NCBI RefSeq assembly: GCF_001447785.1
Contig: NW_015162511.1
Coordinates: forward strand, 80,221 to 144,220
From: Gekko japonicus
Taxonomy: Eukaryota
Direction: 5' to 3'
DNA: 64,000 nucleotides
Shown here: positions 35,797 through 46,170 of the stretch, in pieces
Layout: every line of letters begins with the position of its first letter
Numbering within the stretch: position 1 is the first letter of the stretch
Translations under genes and position numbers: made by a program
Notes under the pieces: generated by a model
What the model saw: only the letters and a program-made list of their open reading frames with translations
Database searches by the model: none
What the model was told of the DNA's origin: nothing

Positions 35797-36190
35797 GGCG
35801 GCCGAGGAGGAGGAGGAGGAGGGAGCTGGCGGGGACTCCCCCTCCCTTGGGCAGCAGCCTCGCCTTCTCTTTCGCCGTGTTCTTCTTTTTTTTTCCCCCC
35901 TTCAACCAAGAGGCCGGTTCTGAAGGACCAAACGGTAGCCGGCAAAGGCCAAACAGAAAGTAAAAGGCGAACGCTTCGCCGCCTCGTGATCGGCACGGGC
36001 GGCTTGTGACTGGACAAGCCAATAGGGGCTTTGGGAGGCCGGGCCGGAGAGGGGACAAATGTAGCCAATGGGCGAGCGGGGAAAGGACATCCCCGCCCAC
36101 ACAGCTCCCGCGTGACGTCACGCCCATGAAACTCATCCCTCTCCTAAATTCTGCAGGAGCAAGAGGCGTGGTCACGTGGCAGCAGGGAGT
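35600..36190 (-). promoter_or_regulatory. SLC25A14 CpG-island promoter
   Basis: CpG-rich. CCAAT at 36019 and 36065; GC box 36091-36098; full CRE TGACGTCA 36113-36120; E-box GTCACGTG 36171-36178; RFX X-box GTTGCCCGGTAAC 35660-35672. Confidence 0.8.
35733..35796 (-). CDS. SLC25A14: SLC25A14 coding exon 1 ([21 protein letters not shown])
   Basis: gccgccATG Kozak context; donor GTGGGT at 35732; phase 1. Confidence 0.9.
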
Positions 36191-38499
36191 GGGAAAATTG
36201 GGGACGGGTTTTGTACGACCGATGTTAGACGGTGCCGAGCAGGCTCTGTGGACGAGGCTTTTTGACCTTCATACCTACATTTACAGTCTCAGCTGTTCAG
36301 CCAAGACTGACCTATGCGAATATATGAAGCCACTTTATACAGAATTAGATCATTCTCCGAGATCAGTATTGTCGACTATAGCTGGCAAATGGTGCCCTAC
36401 GGAGGAATCATTTGCTAAGCGAGATCTTTTAAGCGCCCAGGTTCGAACCCTGGAACGTTCTGCATGTAACACGTGCACTCTGCCACTTTACAAAGTATAT
36501 CTTTCTGAATTCCCTATTTGCATGGAACATACTGCTGCCTACACAGCTACCTAGAGTCACCACCATGGACCTCCGGGTACAGATTCTATCTGCTTTCCCC
36601 ATATGACCCTGATTCAAATGAAATATCTTAACAAAACCTGGCTTCCTGATAGCATGAATAGAACAATAATTGTTCTTAAGGTATGAAACAGTATAGGGTT
36701 CTCATATCTTTTACTTGTGACCTATGTGGATGGCAATAGGATACCATGGGGGGGGGGGGATGAAAGCAGAATGAGAAAGACTCCTCAGCCCAAAGACCCA
36801 ACCAGAATACTGAAGTAGACTATATAAAAAATGCAGATGAGACACAAATTACCTGGGAATAAGCCACACAGGAAGAAGAGAGACATCAGCCTCAGGCAAA
36901 AAAGTAACGGGGGGGGGGGACTTTAAGATATTTCTGCCCATCCAAAACAAAAAAAGCAAGCTCGCATCAATGTAAAGATGCTTCATGGGGAAGGCAAACT
37001 GGGGAGATGGGAAAGGTGGATTGTTTCTTCCATAAAGAGGAGGCACATTAGCTGAGTCCCTCAGATTTCCCCTGGGATTGTTCCCACAACAGATGTTTCC
37101 TCCCCCTGCTACCAGGAGGCTTTACTTTTAAAAACTGGCACTAGAATATCATTTACATCAAATATGCATCAGAGTCTCCGAATTCAGTTTTCATTGAAAA
37201 ACAAAGCAAGTCTAACTCCTTCTGTCATGGAGATATAATTGTTGGTTTTTTATGTCTTTGTGTTTTGATTTTAGCTCTGATTTTAATTATGTGTTGTTGT
37301 TTTTGGTTAGTTTAAATGTATGCTTAATTTGTTAGGCACCTCGGTGGTTGTTGTGAGGGCAGAAAGGCAGGATATATATTTTTAGGGGAAAGGCATGTCT
37401 CTACAATGAAAAGGGCTTGTTAATGAAAGCTGGGGATTCAGAGAACTTGATATACTTGTGGGGCCCCAGAATTTTGTCCCCACCAGTGTTCAGCACCCTC
37501 TTTCCATGGATAGTAGTGAGGAAGAAATGTAACAGTTCATCTGAGTCTTGATCACAATGCTCTTGGACACATGGAGCTGAAGTCAAGTCAGACCATTAAT
37601 CCATCTAGCTCTACTCGGTTTACTCTGAATGGCAGCAGTTCTCCAGAATCTCAGACTGAGGCCTTGAGCTGCTGCCTGAGATTCTTACAGGAGATGCCCT
37701 GAAATCTTGTACATGTGGAGTATCCTGTCACTGAGCCACTTAGCTCCCCCCTAATTAAGACTAAACAAGAGCAGAAATATTCAGCCCATTAATTGGTTTA
37801 ACAAATGTTAAAAGGAGCCCTTAATTCATTTGGCAGCAGATTTTAATGTGTGTGTGTGTTTTAAGATACTAGAGCTTATTAATATGACAGAGGGCAAAAC
37901 ACTATCTTAGAAGAGGCCTCCCCTCCTATATACGAAAGGAAGAGGGATGCTGCTTTGATTATGTGTGCTAAAAAGCACACAGTGTTCTTTCATTTCCCAC
38001 CCAGAGGCTTAATCAGTTAAGCAATAAAACCTTCTTTAATCAGGTGACGGTCCCCATTAAAATCTGTCACAAATGTACAGTATTTAGGAAGATGTGGCTG
38101 TGTTGATATCTCCTTTGGCTCTCCTTTGGCAGCAACCACCACGTCTTAGTTCCAGGCTGCTTCCTTCTGAGAGAATGGGCAGAAGAAACGGCAAGTAAGC
38201 TTAGAGGGTTTGCTTGCTGACACTATTTGTTCAACCCACCAAACTGGTCCTTTAGACTGCTCTTGCCCTTGGGACTTTATAACATATTTCAGGTTCCAAG
38301 CATTTCCTCCCCTGTTGAGGGAAAGATCTACCCCACCAATAATATATATAGAGAACACCTTTCTGATTGAACTGTGATGCTTGATAGTTTAGATCTTTCC
38401 TGAAGGGAGAAATGGAGTAGGGCTATATTATGTCTTTTAGGGTTTTTTAAGGACAAGGGGACAGTGTGGGAATTGTCCTTGGGAGAGTGCTTAGCTCTG

Positions 38500-38518
38500 T
38501 GACCAGTAGATGGCAGTC
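38500..38518 (+). promoter_or_regulatory. CTCF-like motif (duplicated at 41358-41376)
   Basis: TGACCAGTAGATGGCAGTC matches the CTCF core consensus by eye. Confidence 0.5.
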
Positions 38519-39324
38519 GTAGAACTGTGCTGGTCCCTTAAAACATCCACAGCGGAAAGATATAAAAAGCACGTAACACTACCAGAGCTCTGAGGGTTGT
38601 GGTGGAGCTATACAGGAAGAAGCCAGGGACTTACCAAAATTCATCAAGTGGACAATCCTTTTCCTGGCATATTCTCTGAAGCTTTTGCTACTGCACAGGA
38701 GGCAGAAATTAATCAGGTATGTTCCCAATCAGTGCTTCTCTATGGTTAAAACACAACCCCACACAGGGTATAGGGGAAAAAATATTTACCTGTCACATTT
38801 CTGCCTCTTGAGCAGCTGTTAAAGCCCCACCCCACAAAAAAAGGGGCAAATAAGCAACATTTTCTCTGGAGGAAATCCTTCTTCTGTTATTAGCTGTGTA
38901 ACAGGGAGATGCTTGACAGGGTAAAATGGGGGAGAACCTTGGACACTGCCCTGAGCTCCTTGGAGGAAGGACAGGATAAAAATGGAACAGAAGCTGCAAC
39001 AGAAGCATTACCGCCAAACATCAACCAGAGATCAAAAGCACAAACCTGCTTTGCATGGCACTCACAGCCCTGCAGAAAAGAAGCAAGGGCATTCTATTCA
39101 TTTATTCTCCACTGCGGAACCCAGTGTGGCGTACATCATCATCATCCTAGTCTCCTCTGTTTTATCCTCACAACAACCCTATGAGGTCATGCTGAGAGCG
39201 ACTGGCCGAAGGTCACCCAGTGAGCTTCTGTGGTGGACTTGGGATTTGAGCCTACCTAGCTTCCATACTCTAAGCCCTACACCACGCTGGCTCTCCTTTA
39301 AGGCATTTCCCTTAAGCAGCAGGA

Positions 39325-39722
39325 AGCAGGGCATCCAATGAAACTGATGGGCAGTAGGTTCAGGTCAGACAAAAGGAAACACTACTTTACACAGAGTGAT
39401 TAAAATGTGAAATTCATTGCCAGGGGATGTAGTGATGGCCACAGGAATAAACAGCTTTAAGAGGGGATTAGATAGATTCATGGAGGATCATGGAGAATAG
39501 GTCTACCAGTGGCTACTAGCCATGGTGCGTGAGGGGAACCTCCACATTCAGAGGCACTAATCCTCTGAATCCCAGAGCCAGGACGCAACATTGGGGAAAG
39601 GCCTCGGCCTCTATGCCGTGTTGTAGGCCTTCCAGAGGAACTGGTTTTGGCCACTGTGTGAGAAAGGATGCTGGACTAGATGGACTATTGATCTAATCCA
39701 GCAGGGCTTTTCTTATGTTCTT
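39325..39722 (+). mobile_element. CR1 LINE 3' end (duplicated at ~42193-42587)
   Basis: CR1-type C-terminal coding remnant, gctggactagatggac 3' motif and ttcttatg tail. Confidence 0.8.
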
Positions 39723-40133
39723 ATTAGGGAGACCATTTTTCCCAACACATACAGACATATGAAGCTGCCTCTTCTTATGCCATCTATTCTGACCAGCAAT
39801 AGGTCACCGCGACCTGAGGCGGTGAAAGGTCTTTCCCAACATCGGCCATCTGAGAGTCTCCAAAAGGAGAGGCTGGGCACTGAACCCGGGACTTTCTGCA
39901 TGCAAAGCATGTCTACCACTGAGCCCCAGGCTGGTTTAGCACAGCTGACANNNNNNNNNNNNNNNNNNNNNNNNNNNNNNNNNNNNNNNNNNNNNNNNNN
40001 NNNNNNNNNNNNNNNNNNNNNNNNNNNNNNNNNNNNNNNNNNNNNNNNNNNNNNNNNNNNNNNNNNNNNNNNNNNNNNNNNNNNNNNNNNNNNNNNNNNN
40101 NNNNNNNNNNNNNNNNNNNNNNNNNNNNNNNNN

Positions 40134-40894
40134 NCGGCCGACAGATCTAACAACACCAGTGCCACCACACCGCCTCGATCCAGATGCCTCCGGAGGTCGT
40201 CAGTAAGGGCAACCAGCGCCGTCTCCATCCCATGGCCAGGTCGAAAGCCGGACTGGAGTGGATCCAGGACAGAAGCATCATCCAGAAAGCTCTGAAGCTG
40301 TGTCGCCACCGCCCTCTCAATCAATTTGCCCAAATAGGGCAAATTAGACACCGGCCGATAGTTGGCCAATTCGGCCGGGTCCAAAGTTGTTTTTTTCAGG
40401 AGAGGGCGGACCTTCGCTTCCTTAACTGCCTCAGGGAACCGTCCCTCCATGAGGGCCTTGTTAACAATCTCCCATACGGCACCTCGAAACCCCTCATGGC
40501 CCGCTTTAATGAGCCAGGAAGGGCACGGGTCCAGGCAGCATGTGGTTGGGCGCACAGATGCGAGCAATCTGTCAACTTCCTCCAGACTGAGCGGGTCAAA
40601 ACATTCTGAACCCCACGAGGACGTGCAAGGGGCCTCAAGTTCGCTCACTGTTTCAACTGTGGCGGGGAGATCGCGGCGGAGCGCCAAGATTTTATCCGCA
40701 AAATAGCTCGCAAAAGCCTCGCAGCCAATATCCAATTCCCTATTTTGTCTGCCCTGTGGCAAAACTGTCAAAGACCGAATTGTTCTAAACAGTTGGGCTG
40801 GGCGTGAGCTTGCGGACGCAATCGTGGCTGCATAGAATTCTCTCTTAGCAGCTTTGACTGCCATCTCATAGGATCTCATAAACGTCCTATGACG
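40134..40894 (-). mobile_element. Young 5'-truncated L2-clade LINE, reverse transcriptase fragment
   Basis: Uninterrupted ORF with YRPVSNLPYLGKLIER, DPLQSGFRPGHGMETAL and LVLLDLSA (L2-type DLSAAFD motif) running into the gap; CpGs are retained. Confidence 0.88.
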
Positions 40895-42815
40895 TTTAAT
40901 CAGGTGACAGTCCCCATTAAAATCTGTCACAAATGTATAGTATTTAGGAAGATGTGGCTGTGTTGATATCTCCTTTGGCTCTTGGTGCTGCTAACCACCA
41001 CATCTTAGTTCTAGGCTGTTTCCTTCTGAGAGAATGGGCAGAAGAAGCTGCAAGTAAGCTTAGAGGGTTTGCTTGCTGACACTATTTGTTCAACCCACCA
41101 AACTGGTCCTTTAGACTGCTCTTGCCCTTGGGACTATAACATGTTTCAGGTTCCAAGCATTTCCTCCCCCATTGAGGGAAAGATCTACCCCAGCAATAAT
41201 ATATATAGAGAACACCTTTCTGATTGAACTGTGTATGCTTGATAGTTTAGATCTTTCCTAAAGGGATAAATGGAGTAGGGCTATATTATGTCTTTTAGGG
41301 TTTTTTAAGGACAAGGGGACAGTGTGGGAATTGTCCTTGGGAGAGTGCTTAGCTCTGTGACCAGTAGATGGCAGTCGTAGAACTGTGCTGGTCCCTGAAA
41401 ACATCCACAGCGGAAAGATATAAAAAGCACGTAACACTACCAGAGCTCTGAGGGTTGTGGTGGAGCTATACAGGAAGAAGCCAGGGACTTACCAAAATTC
41501 ATCAAGTGGACAATCCTTTTCCTGGCATATTCTCTGAAGCTTTTACTGCTGCACAGGAGGCAGAAATTAATCAGGTATGTTCGCAATCAGTGCTTCTCTA
41601 TGGTTAAAACACAACCCTACACAGGGTATAGGGGAAAAAAATATGTACCTGTCACATTTCTGCCTCTTGAGCAGCTGTTAAAGCCCCACCCCACAAAAAA
41701 AGGAGCAAATAAGCAACATTTTCTCTGGAGGAAATCCTTCTTCTGTTATTAGCTGTGTAACAGGGAGATGCTTGACAGGGTAAAATGGGGGAGAACCTTG
41801 GACACTGCCCTGAGCTCCTTGGAGGAAGGACAGGATAAAAATGGAACAGAAGCTGCAACAGAAGCATTACTGCCAAACATCAACCAGAGATCAAAAGCAC
41901 AAACCCGCTCTGCATGGCACTCACAGCCCTGCAGAAAAGAAGCAAGGGCATTCTATTCATTTATTCTTCACTGCGGAACCCAGTGTGGCATACATCATCA
42001 TCGTCGTCATCCTAGTCTCCTCTGTTTTATCCTCACAACAACCCTATGAGGTCATGCTGAGAGCGACTGGCCGAAGGTCACCCAGTGAGCTTCTGTGGTG
42101 GACTTGGGATTTGAGCCTACCTAGCTTCCATACTCTAAGCCCTACACCACACTGGCTCTCCTTTAAGGCATTTTCCTTAAGCAGCAGGAACTAGGGCATC
42201 CAATGAAACTGATGGGCAGTAGGTTCAGGTCAGACAAAAGGAAACACTACTTTGCACAGAGTGATTAAAATGTGAAATTCACTGCCAGGGGATGTAGTGA
42301 TGGCCACAGGAATAAACAGCTTTAAAAGGGGATTAGATAGATTCATGGAGGATCATGGAGAATAGGTCTACCAGTGGCTACTAGCCATGGTGCGTGAGGG
42401 GAACCTCCACATTCAGAGGCACTAATCCTCTGAATCCCAGAGCCAGGACGCAACATTGGGGAAAGGCCTCGGCCTCTATTCCCTGTTGTAGGCCTTCCAG
42501 AGGAACTGGTTTTGGCCACTGTGTGAGAAAGGATGCTGGACTAGATGGACTATTGATCTAATCCAGCAGAGCTCTTCTTATGTTCTTATTAGGGAGACCA
42601 TTTTCCCCAACACATACAGACATATGAAGCTGCCTCTTCTTATGCCATCTGTTCTGACCAGCAATAGGTCACCGTGACCTGAGGCAGTGAAAGGTCTTTC
42701 CCAACATCGGCCATCTGAGAGTCTCCAAAAGGAGAGGCTGGGCACTGAACCCGGGACTTTCTGCATGCAAAGCATGTCTACCACTGAGCCCCAGGCTGGT
42801 TTAGCACAGCTGACA
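40895..42815 (+). repeat. Copy 2 of ~1.9 kb direct duplication
   Basis: Starts tttaatcaggtgac exactly at the L2 5' truncation point; matches 38035-39950. Confidence 0.95.
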
Positions 42816-43079
42816 GAAATTCAGCAGGATATTCTTCAGACACTGGGGAAACCTAGACCTGCTGAGCTGTGTGCTTGTCATGTACCAGTTACTGGCAGAG
42901 GGCCTCTGAGAGTTCCCACCAAGGTTTGTCAATTTTCCTAACTACCTCCATCCTCCCCAATCTCAACCCCCTAATCAGCCTATATTTTTTAAAAAATATT
43001 TCATTGGTGTTCCACTACCTTCTGTAGCCGACTGGCCTCAAACAATGTTAATATACCTTCCTAGAAGCATGGATGTCAC

Positions 43080-43287
43080 CACTGTTCCCTCTAAGCTGAG
43101 TTAGTGTGAGCCAGCTCACAGTTTTTTAGCCTCCGGCTCACACATTTTTGTCTTAGCTCAGGAAGGATGGGGCTCCAGAGCAAACTAATTTATGCAGTAG
43201 CCAAATCGCTCACTCACAACTTTAATGCCAGTTGCTCACAAAGTAGGATTTCTGCTCACAAGACTCCGCAGCTTAGAGGGAGCATTG
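43080..43287 (+). mobile_element. hAT MITE family A
   Basis: Same TIRs and body; TSD decayed. Confidence 0.8.
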
Positions 43288-43358
43288 GACTTCTCTTTTA
43301 ATTTGTGTGGTTAGATATGGTGTGTCTTTAACTTTCTTGTTATTTCTCTCTCTCGGTA

Positions 43359-44078
43359 TGTAACGCTGCCACCAGGAATTTAATTCCAATCCTATTAATT
43401 AATCTTTCCCAAGGTATTGTGCCCAAGATCTAAGGCGCCTTCGTTGGACTATGTGGTCCTGAGGATGAGACTCTAGTACTGAAATAGCATAGGACTCCAG
43501 GTTAACAATAAACAAAATAAAACTTTATTTGCACAAGAAGCGTATTGGTTTCAAGATGCTTTGTAACATCTCTTCAGTGAATAAAACAGTGCATATTAAT
43601 AACTCCTGACTGAGGTATCACACTTTTTTACGTCACAAAACACTCCTCACTCTCAAATTCTCTTTAGAACATACTTTGTCCAATGTTTATTTAGCTCAGT
43701 TTAATCTTTCGTTTCTTAACTCAGGTTTCTGTCTCACATACTTATAGAATACTTTGACAATATTATGTTTTGACTCTCTCTAGTTGCTAATATGCCCTCC
43801 ATAAATATTTGACTTCCCTTTGAGAATCTTAAATGTTTTTCACAGCACTACTATGGGATTCTAATCAGAAGACTGCTTCTCAGGCTCTGTAAGACTGCTG
43901 ACACGATTGATTACTGACTGAACACACTGACTTTCTCCACACACACTTCTTAGCTCTGCCCATACACTCTCAGTCACCAACCAATCCCCTCACTCATCCC
44001 CTTCTTTCACCCCCCTTGTTCTTCTACAACTTACCAAACATTTAAAGAAACACACACTTAAAACTTTAAATTGTTACA
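43359..44078. mobile_element. Probable solo LTR
   Basis: TGTAAC...GTTACA termini, 720 bp, internal polyA-signal hexamers; TSD not confirmed. Confidence 0.45.
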
Positions 44079-45224
44079 GTGCAGGAGGTCCCAGGTTCAC
44101 TCTCTGGCATCTCCAGTTAAAGGCCGTAAGTGATGTGAAAGACCTCTGCTTGAGACCCTGGAGACCCTCTGCTACTCAAAGCAAACAGTACTAGTTGCTT
44201 GACTCCATATAAGGCAGCATCATGTGTTCTATCACTCATAATTCCAGCTCCAGTTTGGGAGTTCTCCCATCTCCAGCTTTCAATAGGTCTTAATAGGGCT
44301 GTGGGGAGAGAGAGGACAAGAAGCACCCATCTAGCCTAGGGGAGAATTGCCACCCACAGAAGTATTTTGTGTTGGAATGTTATTGTCATTCATATTGGTG
44401 GTTCTGTTCCTGCGACCTACTTTGGGAGTCAAATTTAGGCTGAAAAGTTGGGCCCAAAACACAGCTGGGCTAGATCCAACCAGCTTTTCAACAGCTGAAA
44501 AAGAAAGGAGTCCCCTTTGACTACCAAAAAAGGCTATGTTGGGGATCATGGGACCTGCATGTATAAAAGCCATGTGGGATGGGGGCCGTAGTAGGGGGGG
44601 AACTGAGTGACATTCACTGGAAAAGCTGGCTGGATCCAACCCACTAAGGTTTAAAACAAATGGCACATAGAAGAAGTCACTAGGATATCACACACCGTTG
44701 ATCTCAGAGACTGTGATGTCACTTGGAGGCCTCCTAGGTCTATTGGACCCAGGCCATTTAGGACTCTAAGCATCAGCCCCTGGATATTCTGTTGTGTTGA
44801 ACAGAGAATCTGACCGCAGCTCAGATACTGGAGGACCACTCTCATTGGATCCTTGCAAGCCAAGCTCCCAATTAGCTTTTGCACCAGCAGAACTTCTTTT
44901 CATCATTGAGGGTGACCCATGCATCTGCACCCCTCAAAGACCAGGTGAGTCACTCCACAGAACAGTCTCGCCCAACTTGTGTCAGGGGTCCAAGCAAGCA
45001 AAGCTCTCAGACAGACCTCAGAGGTTACATATCCAATTTGGCAGAGAGAGGCTGGCTTTGCTGCCTCCTTGCTCTCTGTGCAGTAAAACATGCCTGTCCT
45101 CAAACGTTTACACTGCCTCACTCAACAGGATACATGAGAGGCCAAGTGGCAGAACGGCAACTTTGGATGCACCACAGTCTTCAGAAATAAATCAACGTGG
45201 GCCGTTGCTACTGTTCAAAGCACA

Positions 45225-45230
45225 TTTATT
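45225..45230 (-). terminator. RBMX2 polyadenylation signal AATAAA
   Basis: AATAAA ~300 nt after the stop codon, with downstream U-rich sequence. Confidence 0.6.
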
Positions 45231-45526
45231 AAATCGTAGCTTGTACATAACGTATATTTTAAGAGATACCCAGCCACACCATTCTGGCCGAAGTGCCGAG
45301 GTGAAGATGGTCCAAAAATGGTCCCCAGCATGTATATCTCATGTCCAGGCAAATGAACCAGAAAAGTTCAGTCCTTGGGCCTCTTCCTGCCAAGCAGAGC
45401 AGCACACAGCAGCAGAGGAATCCCTGCCAGCAGCCAGGAGGGCCCTCTCCCCTCATCTCACTGCAGCAGTAGGTCCACCATCCCCCCCTTGTGTCTCTCT
45501 GCACTTGCAAGGGTGGAACAAGAAGG

Positions 45527-46170
45527 TCAGTAGTGTCTGGAAGACTCCTTCTCCCTGGACGGCTTGTCTCTGTTCTCCCACCGCTCTCGGGATCTCCTGC
45601 TTTCTGCTGCTCTCAGTCTGTCATCTGCCTTCTTATGCTTCTCCTCACTGCGGTCAACATGAGATGTTCTCTGATCCTGCCAGCCCCTCTCTCGGGACCC
45701 CTCTCTCTGATCCTGCCAGCCCCTCTCTCTGCCCTTCTCTCGAGAGCCCTCCCTGTGAGCTGGCCAAGACCCCTCTCGAGATCCATCTCTCTGATTGTAC
45801 CGGCCCCTCTCTCGAGACCCCTCTCTCTGATCCTGCCGGCCCCCCTCTCTGCCCTTCTCTCGAGACCCCTCTCCTCTCTGATCCTTCCCCTTCTCTTGAG
45901 ATCTTTCTCTTTTATCCTGCCAGCCCCCTTCTCGAGACCTCTCTCTCACATGCTCGTACTTGAGTTCTTGTTCCGGCTCTGCCCGGCTGGCGTGTTTGTG
46001 CCCAGATGAGCTCCAGGTTTGCTGACTTTGGCCAGCGTATCGTTCGTAGCCTGGATCTTCCTTCTCCACTTTGATCTTGGTTTTCGCAGGCGGCGCATCT
46101 GCGGGCAGCTCCTCTTTCCTACGTTTCCGGTGCTCTTTCTTCTCTTTCTTCTTCTTCTTCTTGCTTTTTT
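45527..46170 (-). CDS. RBMX2: RBMX2 coding exon 6 (K-rich and RE/RS-rich tail)
   Basis: ctccacttAAG acceptor in the required phase; [12 protein letters not shown]...[11 protein letters not shown]...SSRHY; TGA 45529-45527. Confidence 0.85.

Larger units (their letters stand above)
38035..39950 (+). repeat. Copy 1 of ~1.9 kb direct duplication
   Basis: Near-identical to 40895-42815 with scattered SNPs and indels; the right end runs into the gap. Confidence 0.95.

Noticed and set aside
39713-40930. 405-aa ORF as a host gene
   Set aside because: It is an L2 RT fragment joined through a gap to SINE sequence.
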